64,000 nt of DNA from Schizochytrium sp. TIO01. Its lineage: Eukaryota; Protista; Bigyra: Labyrinthulomycetes. Under the pieces are notes generated by a model. That model was given only the letters and a program-made list of their open reading frames with translations, ran no database searches and was not told the DNA's origin. Positions 13,694-25,933 of this stretch are shown in pieces. Positions within the stretch are counted from its first letter, which is position 1, and every line of letters starts with the position of its first letter. A program made the translations under genes and the position numbers. The stretch is from contig SMSO01000032.1 of assembly GCA_004764695.1 (NCBI GenBank), forward strand, positions 1,860,001 to 1,924,000. Reading direction: 5' to 3'.

Positions 13694-16506
13694 GGCCATG
13701 AGGCGGCACCATCGTGATTTGGAGCTGGCTGTAGGCAGATATTATGGGCCCGCGCGAGAGCTGAGCTGGCTGGGATCACGAGGGCCCGGGCCCGGGAGCT
13801 GCTCTCTCTCGCCCTCGCCTCCCGGCCTCGTGCCGATCGAGGCGCCAGCTTTCTTTCTCCTTGAGCTGTGAGCTTTCCAGGTTGACTCAAAGATCTCCAC
13901 GCGCACACCCGAAGTGTATGTATGTATGTATGGATGTATGTATGTATGTAATAAATAAAGCAATCCACTCAAACAGCGCTTATCTGTCTGTCTATCTATC
14001 TATCAACTCGGCAGCTAAGACTAGCTAGGTGGTCGGTAGCAACGCATTCTCCAAACATTTTCAAGCAAGCTTTCTTTCAAGGGCCACACAGGTAGAAAAA
14101 GGCTTCAGCTTCGGTAAAAACTCAAGCCAACACAACTGCTCATCGCGCCTGTCAAAGCCGAGACGCGTGAAACCGAGCTTTGATCCGTCTTTTTCGTCTT
14201 CTTCTTCTTCTTCTTCTTCCGTGTCCCATTTCCTGGCGACAGCGCAGTTTCAAACTCGATCAAAACAACGAAACCTGAAGCACTCAAGGTGACACATAAC
14301 ATCTCTGTATCATCCTTCCGAGTAGACTCAACAAACCCTTGCCTGCCTACCTACCCGAAACGCCTACCGCGGCTGCTAGCGCCCTCAGCCAGCCGCATAA
14401 ACAGAGTTAACAAGAAAGAGAGGGTCCACCACCAGGCCTACGAAGGAAGTTGAAGCGAGCTGAGACTGTCTGAAATAGACTGAGGTTCCTTTCTGCAGCC
14501 GGCCGGAGAGCAGAGAAAGAGCCGCAGGAGGCACGGCACGCGCCCTGGTGCCCTCAGTTCACTCCGTCACCCGCCGCTTTTCGATCGTTTACGTCGCAGT
14601 CGTTGATTGATGCTCGAGTCTTCGATCTTCTGCTAAACAACAACTAATATTCTTTTCATGGTACCTACCTACCTACCTACTGCTACAGTTACCTCTAGCT
14701 TCTCAGAAGCTGCGCTCGGCTCACGGCTAGGGTTAACCCTATCTACGCAGTACCACTCCCGGCGATATGTGGTGGACCCTGGAGTTGCTTGAACGGTTCA
14801 TGGAGAAACGAACTCTCGGCAGGTGTCCTGTCGGAACGCGGTGTAGACCGACCAGCAACACAGAGGGCGTCTGTGGGTATTGTTTGTGGTAGGTGTGTAT
14901 AGGGTGCTCTGGCAAAGGGTATCTTCCTACAGCGTTGTGAGGATGTGTTTCTTTCATATGATTTTTTTCTTCTTTAAAATTCGAAAAAGTAAATCGACAA
15001 ATTGTAAAATAAGATCAACATTATTTTAAATTAAACCATACCATGAAAAGAAAAATCGTCCTTTTCTTCATTCATGATACAGTAAGTACTTGAGTCTGGG
15101 AATAAACAATACGCGTTGCGAGGTAAAAAGCACGAGGCTGCATTTTCTCTTTTCTGAAGGCTGATTAATGTGCAGTCTTTCCTTTGGCTGCTCTCGCACC
15201 AAGGTGGGCACGAGTTGAAAGCCTTTCTTTCTCTCTCCTTCTTCGCTGCCCGATATTCCTTCTGCATTACTTCTTCTAACTGCCAATCAGGACGCGAAAC
15301 TGGCCTTGGCGGCCTCTCGAAAGCCCACTCACTCTGCTCTGCTCAGATCAGATCTGATCTGATCTGATCTGATCAAGAGGACTCCGGCAAAGAGAAGAGG
15401 ACATAGATAGAAGAAGCAGAAGATGTTGATTTCCTTCCTGCCTGAAGGAGAGCCGCACAACAAAGGGACAATGGGAAAGAATGGACTTGCTTAGGACAAG
15501 GAAAGAAAGCAAGCCAATGGACTACCATTACGGCTAGCTGAGAGGCGCTAAAACTTTTTCCACGCATGCATGCCAGTGCTAGGAGTGGCTAAGTGTCTGT
15601 TAAGGGCATAGCGGACACTCACGACCCTTGTCAATCACCAATCTCACATACAGTTCGAAGATGTGACCAGATTTTCGTGGGCCAAAAGTGGCAAGTCCCG
15701 AACTAGCTACAGATTACGCTAGTCCTCCCAGGTCCCTTTCATATCCTTTTTTCTTTTCACCTTTTCAAATTTAAAATTAAAGTTTTAAAAACAAACCTTC
15801 AATTAAATATCAATATTTGAAAGAAAGAAAAACAAAACATTCTTTAAAGTCAAGTAAAAGTTTTACCTTTCAAATAAAATTAATATGTACATCAGGAATA
15901 ATTAGGAGTAATCTGAAACACTTCTTTAAAATTAAATTAAAAAGAAAAAAAGGAATCGTGTGCCTTTAAGCCTTAATGTCATTTTATTTCTTTAATTCAA
16001 AGTTCCTAAAGAAACCATTCTAAAAACAAAGGTTCTTCTTTTACTCAAAATTTCCAGATTGTGGGACCTTTTCCACATAGGTCGCGCTAAAGAGTAAACC
16101 GCTACCAAAACAGGGAGACCAATGAAACGGGCCGTGAATTCTGGCTTGATCTCTGCCATTGCTTCCTCCAAGCGGAGGGCTAGTGACAGTAGCCAAGGGG
16201 TAGAGCAGGGGACAAAGGCAAGCAGGACGGTAGTCGTGAAACTGATGCAATAGAGCAAAATGTAAAGCGACAGAGATATCATCGGACAGGCTCATTGAAA
16301 TAAGCGGCGATGTTCCTGTGTGGCAGCAAAGGGGCGAAGCGTGTATGGGTGTCGATGATGATCAGAGTGTGCGAGTGAATTTGGGGTGAGAGCAAGGGCG
16401 CCTGGGTTTTCATGGAAAGGATTGCATCGAGAAGTGTCGGAAGTGAACGAAGTATACCGTCTAACTAGGACTACCTAGCGCCGGCCTAGTTTTCTTTTGA
16501 AATAAA

Positions 16507-16574
16507 TGTTTGTTTGTTTGTTTGTTTGTTTGTTTGTTTGTTTGTTTGTTTGTTTGTTTGTTTGTTTGTTTGTT
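16507..16574. repeat. (GTTT)n microsatellite, about 17 units
   Basis: Directly visible. Confidence 0.97.
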
Positions 16575-17673
16575 AATTTCATTCTTCAAAGCTCTCCATG
16601 GGCACGCGGCGGCTTGCTTGCTTGCTTGCTGCACTTTTGAAACGGTGCAGAGCTCGTGGCTTGAAGTGGCATCAACTTGCTAAAGCTGGCGTGCTTCCGC
16701 TTCGCAAGGAAGACAGGAAAGGCCCGGCGAGAGAGTGAGAGAGAGGAATTGAAGAGCTTAGCTAGCTAGCTCGCCAGCGCCTGCAAATTACAACACATAA
16801 ATTACACACCCAAGGCGACACGTTTCTACATCACGCTGTGTTTTCTGAACTGATTTTGGCCTCTCGCTGCTTTTTAAAATAAAATGTAAACACTAAGTCC
16901 AACCTAGACGCCTACTACTAGCTTTCTGTGGTACATGCCGTCTACAATTACAATCGTGGCGGAAACTTAGTTTGGTCTATGTCCGATGAGGCTGCAAGAG
17001 GCTCTGTAAAGCCATCCTCATGACGAGCAACAGCGCAATGCTGGATACACAAGGCGCTGAGCGCTTCCGAGCACGAGTGAGGGACTTGAATCAAGGGCTT
17101 ATTAGACCACGCCCGCGCCACTGTCGTTGCCAGGCCTGCCAGAGGGAGGAAATCCATGATCTGGCCAATAAGAATCCACGATCTCAGGGTGCACACCCGG
17201 CCCACGAAATGCGTGCACTGCTAGTGGAGCAGCGTAGCAGGCGGTAGGTACCTTCAAGCTTTGCAGCCTTCTTGTTAAGAAGAAGAAAGCTCGCTCGACT
17301 GGCTTTGTTTGCAAAAACCTGCCGCGAGCATCTCCAAGCGCACGCACGGAACAACAAAAACAAACACACCAGAAATTCACTAACTAGCTAACTAACTAAC
17401 TGGCTGCCTGCCTGCCTGCCTGCACGCCCACGCGAGTTGCTCGGCGGTGCTCGTCCTGCTCGCGCGCAAAGCCGTTTTCTGGCGAGTCCGGCTCGCGGGC
17501 CGCAGGAGCACAAATATGCTCCTGAAATTGGGAAGTGATTCGAATTGAAAGTTTCTTATGCAAGGAGGCAATTTGATGAAATTCGCAGGTTCAAGATTGC
17601 CATTTCCTTCTGGACACGGGCCAATTTAACTTCATTCACAAAGTCGTCCTCATTTGGGCTGCTGCTGCTCAAC

Positions 17674-17708
17674 GATCGACATTTGGGCACCTGATCGACA
17701 TTTGGGCA
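17674..17708. repeat. Short direct repeat, period 19
   Basis: gatcgacatttgggca at 17674 and 17693. Confidence 0.85.
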
Positions 17709-20700
17709 GGTGCCGTCATGCCGCGCAACGTGAATGAATGTATCGGATCGGCCGTGATTGGAAATCATGGCATGGCAGGCATCCATTGGCCTTTTTTTAA
17801 TGATGAATTCATGACAATTCTGCGGGAATTCGAAAAGTGCAGCGCTTAGCGGCATCGTAGAGAGGCGCAGAAGAGAGCTCTTGCGCCAGAATGCACACGG
17901 CCCCATTTCTGCAAGGGTAATTTTATTTAATTTTATTGTATTTTAATTTATTTTATCAACAAAAAACTCACGTGTGCGAACGCACTTTCTTGAGCCCGCG
18001 TGCGTGTCCTCGTGGACAAGCACAAATTCTACACATTCACTTCATTGTTTAGTGAGATTAAAGTGTCTCCTCAGTCAAGATCACATGCAGGCGAGCACTT
18101 CAAAGAGCGTCTCTCAAATTTACTTCCTATTCCAATGTTTTGGCCCGTGAAACTTGCACACATGTTGACATAATATTGAACTTGGTATCGCCTCGGAGAA
18201 GGGCAGCTGTACAATAGCAGGATAACTCATACATACATTTATCATCCCGGAAGCGTTCAATAATTCTTCAGACTGTATTCGTGTCAGTTGAGAAAGTGCT
18301 AGCGCTGGCACCACGTTCCAAGAGGTCTGTCTCCTTTATACTCTTCTTTTTTTTTTTTTTGAAACAAGCAATTCTAGAAAGAAGGTACGCCATTCTGGGT
18401 CTGTGATTTCTTCTCTGTGACCGCTCCGAGATATGGCAACAAAATGTCGCAGGCACATGCGTGTCCATTTTTAAAATGCTTTGGAGATTGCACTAAAGGG
18501 GTGTCTCTCTTTCATTCAACATGGAATTCGTGCCGGGGATGACCCACACAAGTCTGGGTGGGTATCATGCGAAACTCCCGCCCGATCAATGGGCACATTA
18601 GTCTATAGTATCCACTTACTCTGATGAATGATGCGATGCCAATTTCAAACTGTGTGAATCACGAATTGAGAATCCTCCGGCCTGCACGAAGGAAAGCTTC
18701 TTGTTCGTAATTTGACTACCCTCTTGCGAAGAGCCATTGAAATGTCTGCCTTGAAAATGTGAACTTCGCCGGGAGGCCCCCATCAGCGGCTTGCTTCGCT
18801 CGCCAAGAACCAGCACCGGCTCCTGTTGATCTCATCACTTATTGTTTCCAACTGTTGTGCTACGCACGATTGCGATTGTTGTTCTATTCAAGCTACTAGC
18901 GGCTGTTGCTGCCAACAAATGCAGCGGCAAATCTCTTGTTGATTGAACAGCTGCTTCAGGAGGGAGGAGGGACCAGCTCTCCCTCTTGTATTTTAGCAGA
19001 AATGAATGAATCACCGACTGAGGATGCACTTCCATCTGCAGAGATGCCTAACTAAACCTTGAAGTGGCCAAACAGACTCTGTCCTTCACTTGCTCTGCAG
19101 ATTTGAAGGCAGCTAAAGCACGGGTCTTAGAGTGTCCACCATATTCGAGACTTACCGGTCGACCTGAATTCTTCGCATGCTCTGAGGGGTACAAGCTCTT
19201 TTCGAAGTTCAAAGATGATAAACAAAGAGAGAAAAAACAAAAATTAAAATTAAAAAACACAGGTTTACCCCGTGACTGTGTATCATTTTTAGTTTTTTTT
19301 TTTTTTTTTAACATGAAAGTGAAATCCAATGAATTCATTATAAAGCAACGCTCACGACACTTTCTTTTGGGTTGGTGTTGTTTCAACTTCCCATGCGGGA
19401 AGTAGTGTTTTTCTGTTCTTGCTTAGCTGTTTTGACATAAAAATTGTAAAATTGAAAAAGTAATAATTAAAAAAAAAAATGTATTTTAATTAAAATAAAA
19501 TAAATTAAAATGATGATAAATACGAAAGCTTGTTTGAAAATTGCTGCGCTTTTGCCAGAAAATGGACAGCAGCATTCAAATGGCCCGTTTATCAGTGGCC
19601 TCTTTCCCGTACATACAGCGAACGCTGACTGGCAGACAAGTCAACTTTAAATCCAGGACTCTAAGCGTAGAGAAGCGGATACGGACGCTTGCGCAGGATT
19701 TCGACCCGCCGCCCGTGGTATGAAACCATATTCAAGCCGAAGAAGTACTGGGGGCAGTAGCAGGTACAAGTTGATTTTCAAGAACGAGTTGTTGCAAAGT
19801 TGACTCATTTCTCTTATTTGAAAGGCTGCTTCGATTTTTTTAAAATATTTTTTTTGTTAAATGTTTCCTATAAATATGTGGTACACTATATTCTAATTTT
19901 TATTTTCTATCAACAATCACAACGATAACAGTAACAAAAGAACGGGGACTTTGCATTAGTTTGACACCATCGTATCAAATTGTTACATTCGAAACAAATT
20001 AGAAACTGCTTCTCTTTTTCTGGTAACTTCTGTACTTGATGCCTCCTTCTGTCTGAAGAATTGACTAAAAATACTGAGGCCATCGCGAAGACATCGCGAA
20101 AGCAAGAAGCGCAAGTTCAAGCTCAAGATTATGCATGACCTCCGCCGAGACCTTCCGCGGCGGTGAGAAGACGAAGAAAGGACAAAGAAACTGACTGGCA
20201 CGCCGGAAGGAAGCCTCCGCCTTCTTCTCTCCCAAACCGCAACTTCGATCCATACGTTCATTGCCATCTCTCCTGTGAATGCAGAAGCAGAAAGAAACGA
20301 AGCGAACAAACAAACAAACAAAGCAAACAAACCTCTGCATGAAAAGAAAATGAAAAACAGAAAATGAAAACAAAAAGCAAAGAGAAAGAAAGATCCATCG
20401 CTTCTGTCCATTCCATTCGATCCCACGTTCATAGAACCGCACTACTACTGATCTATCTAATCTGCCTCCATACATACATACATACATACAACTTCATACA
20501 AATTGCTCATACAAATTCCAAGTCTTCATGAACTTGGAGCGATCAGGCGTTCCTTTCCAAGCGACCGGCCGGCTTCGGCCTGAAGAAAGGCTGCCTGCCA
20601 AACGCTCGCGAGGTCGCGCCGCTTGCAGCCTGCGTAGGCCTCGCGGGAGCAAGAGCAGCGGGCGGGAGCCTATTTGTTCACGAGGCTGTGCAGCGTTCAA

Positions 20701-21046
20701 TCCATCGAGACCGCCTTCCAACGCCTTTCTAATGCCACAGATCGTTCTTTCATTCTCTCCCAGAACAGCAGAACGAAAACCACTCCTAGCTGACCCTTAA
20801 CCACCCGTAGGGGCCATCTTGGGAGTGACCACGACCACCCTATCTATCTATTCATATATATATATGTATGTATGGGCAAGGTGTCGCCAAATACACCCCA
20901 TCTGGCCCATGGGCGCCCTTTCGATGAGGAGGGTAAAGGGGGCACTCAGGGACTAGGCCCACTTGGGAAAATGGGCCAGGGACTTTGGCCTTCATGATGG
21001 TGGTTTGTGTGAAGGAGTTCTTAGGTAAGTTATCCTTTCTTCTCCG

Positions 21047-21111
21047 TCAGGTTCTCGTTCAGGTTCTCGTTCAGGCTCTCGTTCAGGTTCTCGTTCAGGC
21101 TCTCGTTCAGG
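21047..21111. repeat. 12-bp minisatellite (TCAGGYTCTCGT), about 5 units
   Basis: Directly visible; source of the EPER repeat in the ORF track. Confidence 0.92.
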
Positions 21112-21318
21112 GTCTTGGCTATGTTTGATCTCTAACTGTTCTGCAAGAGCGTTCTTCTGGTTTGCAAGAGAAGATCTAGCTGTCTCCTCTCGAGGTTCCC
21201 GCGCTTCGGAATGGCCGCCGCTGCGGATTGGAAAGCACGAGGAGTTCCAGTTCTTCAAGAATCGCGAAGGCATCGTCGAGTGCGTGAATGAGCGAAGGAA
21301 CGAGCGAACGAGCGCAGC

Positions 21319-21359
21319 GGCAAAGGCAAAGGCAAAGGCAAAGGCAAAGGCAAAGGCAA
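21319..21359. repeat. (GGCAAA)n hexanucleotide repeat, about 6.5 units
   Basis: Directly visible. Confidence 0.95.
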
Positions 21360-21723
21360 CGAGGCGCTGGCTGCTTCTTTCGTTTCAGGCCTTCGAAATT
21401 GAAGCAGGAACCAAACGCCGCTGCAGGAGACGTGGAGGATCTGGAGCCCGGAACTCCTGCAGAACAGGCAGAGCACAGCGCACCGCCTCAGAGTGAACGG
21501 ACGACGGGCCTGTGATACACAGAGGAACGAGAGACTCGCAGGCAGAGCGCAGATGACTGAGTCGAAGTTGAACTTCATCGGGGCGAGCTTGGATCACTCA
21601 GTCAGTCAGTCAGAAAACAGCTTTCAGCTTTCAGGGAGTTCTTGAGAGAGAAGATCTGCGCTGTCTCCACCTCTGCTGGGTTTCCCACTGTCTTTTTTTC
21701 ATCTCTCGTGTCGCTTTCAATCT

Positions 21724-21755
<32 letters not shown>

Positions 21756-23325
21756 TCGCTGTACTCTGGAGCTTTACCTTTACAAAGGAGGCGCTGCGGC
21801 GAATGGAAACTTTCTTTTGCTAGGCTGTAAAGTAACAATCAATCAATCGATCGATCGATCAGTCAGCCAGTTGTTTGCTTTTAACTGAAAAAGAAGAAAC
21901 CTATTACTATCTTCTTTCCTTCTGAAAAGTATAAATATAAGTACTTTTCCATAACTATGCTTTTTAAGAACTCACAGTCAATACTTTACCATTTCACCTC
22001 AGTTTATTTCATTGTTAAAAAATAAGAAGAAAAGATTTAAAAACTAGACTACTATTGTGGTTTTTCCTGAAATGCTATCTTCTTTCTCTGAAAACCTTGC
22101 TGTGCCTACCAATATTTATTATAATTTTTAAAAAAAATAATTTAACGACAACAGCAAAAAGCAAATGAATAAAGATATGGTATTACCTTCTACCCGCCTA
22201 TTTGTTAACAAGAAAAGCACGAAAAGCGCGGTTCGGAGAGGCCCACGGGCGCCGTTCGAGGAGGTTGGCGCAGGGCCCAACTGTCGCTACGCGTTCCGGG
22301 ACGAGGGATCGGCGTCGAATAGATGGCCTGCTACGAAGTCAGCTGCCGGCCTCTGCGCACTTGGGAGCGCATCTGTCCTCGCAACGCAGGAGAATAACAG
22401 AATATCAGCATAATCAGACTTAGCAAATGCTCGGAGACCGCTGATTGATCATTGTCGCTTTCAAATTGCATACTATGCGCAATAGGAGCGGTAGTAAAAC
22501 TAGGGTCGAAGAATGACCGAATGGAATACTCGAAAAGGAATTCATTTATCTTTGATGAAATGATCGAAAGTTTGAACTTTCTTTCGATCGGCAGCAAAGA
22601 GACAGAAAGAGAGAGAGAAAGAGAGAGAGGCTCTGTGGGCCTTGGAAAAGCCGCCTGCTCAGGGAATTGGGAGAAGCTGAGCCGCAGAGAGAAGAGCCTG
22701 CTTGCTCCCCACGGCAGAAACTCCAAAGGCACCGGAGTCTGAGCCCTTGGAGTTCCCTCCCGCAAGCTGGACGAGCCATTATCAGAAAGTCAAAGAAGAA
22801 GAAGGAGAACGGGAAAAAATCGTCACAATTTAATTGCTTTTAAAAACATTTAAAAGATAGACTTAGATATAAATGTATAACTCCACCTGTGGACAGATTC
22901 TCGACAGCGGAGTGGCTCCCAGGCCGAGGAAGCACTCAGTATGAGCTGCAGAGAAGGCCTAAAGCCATAGTGTCTGCGGCGACTTCCTTCGAGACGTCCA
23001 GGCGACCAATGAGTGATATCACGCGCTTCTCTCGTTCTTTCTGTCTTAAAAAAAAAAAATGAAATTCAATCCTCGTATATACTACTTTCCTACCTATTCA
23101 ATAGTCTGAGCAGGCAGAGCGATCCGGGAGCCTCCCGTGCCCCTCCCTTTACTTGGAGAAAGAAAACACTGGCTGACTAGGTAGTATAAGGTACGGAGAA
23201 ATAAAGAGCAAAAGAGCTGCGATGACGACGACGACAATGCTCACTTCGCATTCCATAAACTAGCTAGTTACTTATTCAGCCTGAGTTGGCAGGCGCGGCG
23301 CTTTCTTTCTTTCTTCCTTTCTTTC

Positions 23326-23592
23326 TTGTTTGTTTGTTTGTTTGTTTGTTTGTTTGTTTGTTTGTTTGTTTGTTTGTTTGTTTGTTTGTTTGTTTGTTTG
23401 TTTGTTTGTTTGTTTGTTTGTTTGTTTGTTTGTTTGTTTGTTTGTTTGTTTGTTTGTTTGTTTGTTTGTTTGTTTGTTTGTTTGTTTGTTTGTTTGTTTG
23501 TTTGTTTGTTTGTTTGTTTGTTTGTTTGTTTGTTTGTTTGTTTGTTTGTTTGTTTGTTTGTTTGTTTGTTTGTTTGTTTGTTTGTTTGTTTG
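23326..23592. repeat. Long perfect (GTTT)n microsatellite, about 66 units
   Basis: About 267 bp uninterrupted, preceded by (CTTT)n and followed by a degenerate tail to about 23612. Confidence 0.98.
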
Positions 23593-24410
23593 AAGTTGTT
23601 TGTTTGTTTGTTCGTCTGTGCGTTTGTTAGCCCAAATAAACGCTTGAAGCCGGCGGCGTCATCACGGCCAAACTCTTTCTAAGAGCAACACTGCGATGAA
23701 TGCGAATGACAAAGATTCAATCGCGCAGCTTTTACTGTTTCTTCTTTTAAAGAGTGAGCTCAAGAAGAAAAGTGACGGCGATCTCGACCGCAGTACACGA
23801 CTGTCGATGACGAGGATGACGCCCAACCCATGCGGCGCTGAGAAAACCTCTACGAACCTGGCCATACCAATCAATTCCTCGATTCGGCAGATGAAGGAAG
23901 CCTCCGTCGCACCGCAGCGAAAGGCGCAGCGAAAGTACTCGCGGTCCATTGAGCTATCTCCCAAGCCGGAGGGAGCCTGAGAAACCTCAAGCCAGCAAGC
24001 CGGGAAGCCCGCGAGCTCGAGGAGTGCCATAGATTTGTTTGCGGCTCGAGAGGGCGCCGCCGCGAGAAGAGGATCTCAATGAAAGGGATGAATTGCGAAA
24101 AGATAGGCCAACAAACCCCTTCGAGGTTGGTTAACTCACACGGAGCACTTAGAACTCATTGAAATCGAAAAGTCACAGCTGATCTGGCGCAGGACCGCCT
24201 TCGCTCTGGGTGACAGACAAAACAAACACGGCGCGTGAAGGCCGTTGAAAGCGATTGCTGCTTTTCGCGAGTCTAGCGATCTCGGGCTTTTCAAGCGGCG
24301 CTTACGAATCTGACCTGAGGCTGCTTCGAAATGACTTGGGCACAGCGCATCGAAGGTTGATTCGGATCGCTCGTTTCAGTTGCATGCGCCGCCACGGACC
24401 CAGATTCGAA

Positions 24411-24452
24411 GCGATGCGATGCGATGCGATGCATGCGATGCGATGCGATGCG
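24411..24452. repeat. (GCGAT)n pentanucleotide repeat with one interrupted unit
   Basis: Directly visible. Confidence 0.92.
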
Positions 24453-25851
24453 CGGCGTGAATTTATTATTGGTCACCTTCTCCCTGAAGAAGAGGTGTAC
24501 GAGTACTCTCTGTTGAAGAAAAGATGGCGGGCGTTGCCAAGCTCATTCAATCGAGCCGAGCAATTCAAGATATTTGTCTTTTCTGCTCGATGCCTCACGG
24601 TCGATGATATTTTGGGGGAGTTCTTTTCATTTATAGGCACTGTTTACTTACCTCCTATCTCTCATCAGTTGCAAAATGCTTTTAGGATCTCAAAGAAAAC
24701 ACCTTCTTTCTATCAAGTGTGCTTTCGCCCTCTCGAGTATTGACAGCCTTGTTTCATTTTCGTATAAAATGATGAAGGGAGAATAAAAGCGCCTTGTGCT
24801 CTCTGTTTTCCTCAAGGCTGAGAAGCGGAAAGGACACCGTAGCTCGCAATGCTGCAGCTCTCGTTTCTCAGGGCTCAATCGCGGCGTCTTGAAATCATCG
24901 TCGCATGGCTCGCCCATTAGTAGCTATATGATAAAAAGGCACAGATATTTTCTGATTTTAAAATCTCATTTTCAATGCAGCGGGCGGCAACTTGAATTTG
25001 ATTTGAGGTCACTTGGATGAATTTTAAAGACGCGGCCCCTGAGATCAACTGATTATCAGGCCGTTCGGAGGTCCTCGGAGCCGCCACCGCTGTGGACAGA
25101 GAAAGCCTTTTGCTTCGGGATCCGCTCGTATGCTCCATGCCGGAGGCGGTGGTCTGTCCTATGATGCTCTTCTTCGGGACTCTGATGAGTCCCACTGCTT
25201 GGAAAAGCAAATATTTTTACCTTAATTTCAATAAGGCTGTAGGATGTGCATATCTTTTGAGGTGGGTGTCATGGGTTGCCTTGAAGAAGAAGCGCGTACC
25301 TTCTGTCGCTCTTGAAATGTTTAGTTAGTTAGCTAAACCCTTTCAAAGCTCAAAGCTCGCGGGTATCCTTGAGCCCCATCGATCTTCACAGAACTTTTTA
25401 CTTTTTCACTTTTACATTAAATTTTAGATTAAAAACGTTTTGTTTTAAATTAAAATTGTTTTTAGATGGGCAACCTCATCATGAGATGGTTATTGACTTG
25501 TGAGCTCTGTACATCAGAAGAAAGTACAGACAGAAGTAAAGAACCTCCTCTATGATTAAGGGTGTGCCGGGAACGCCTTCCAAAAGGGCGGGTTGCGGAG
25601 GTGGACGCACAATAATGATGGGTCATGGCGACGACCGTTCTTAGGAAGAAAGCGGGGGCAGCATTGCTGTTGGCAATGATTGATGAATCGAAAATTTTAC
25701 TATTACATACATGGTCAACTTTCCTTTTATTGATGCGTGAATATACAAGCAAGTATTTTAGTTGTATTTTTTTCTAATTTTATAAAACTAAATCAATAAA
25801 ACAAAATTAAAATCGTAGAATATCCGTGCAGCCTCGCCAGGCTAGCTAGGT

Positions 25852-25898
<47 letters not shown>

Positions 25899-25933
25899 AA
25901 TATTTACATACATACATGCATACATGCATACAT
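25852..25933. repeat. Compound (AAAG)n plus (TACA/TGCA)n microsatellite
   Basis: Directly visible. Confidence 0.93.

Noticed and set aside
14728-14741. Perfect palindrome TAGGGTTAACCCTA resembling a telomere fusion or telo-box
   Set aside because: Several 14-bp palindromes are expected by chance in 64 kb; no flanking telomeric repeats.
16140-16413. Minus-strand peptides resembling retroelement integrase motifs (LIIIDTHTRFA; SD...SNG)
   Set aside because: Motifs are in different frames, spacing does not fit a DD35E core, the catalytic E is missing, and no RT, LTR or PBS was seen nearby.
19686-19738. tRNA-like fold on the minus strand with CAT in a loop and a T-arm-like hairpin
   Set aside because: No D arm, non-canonical T loop (TCGAAAT), too short.
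23286-23682. FVCL-repeat ORFs (likewise the IYLS, SALLC, FFLS and TNKQ repeat ORFs elsewhere)
   Set aside because: Translations of stop-free microsatellites.
24620-24700. Hammerhead-like CTGATGAG...GAAA on the minus strand
   Set aside because: Stem II is interrupted next to GAAA and stem I cannot form.
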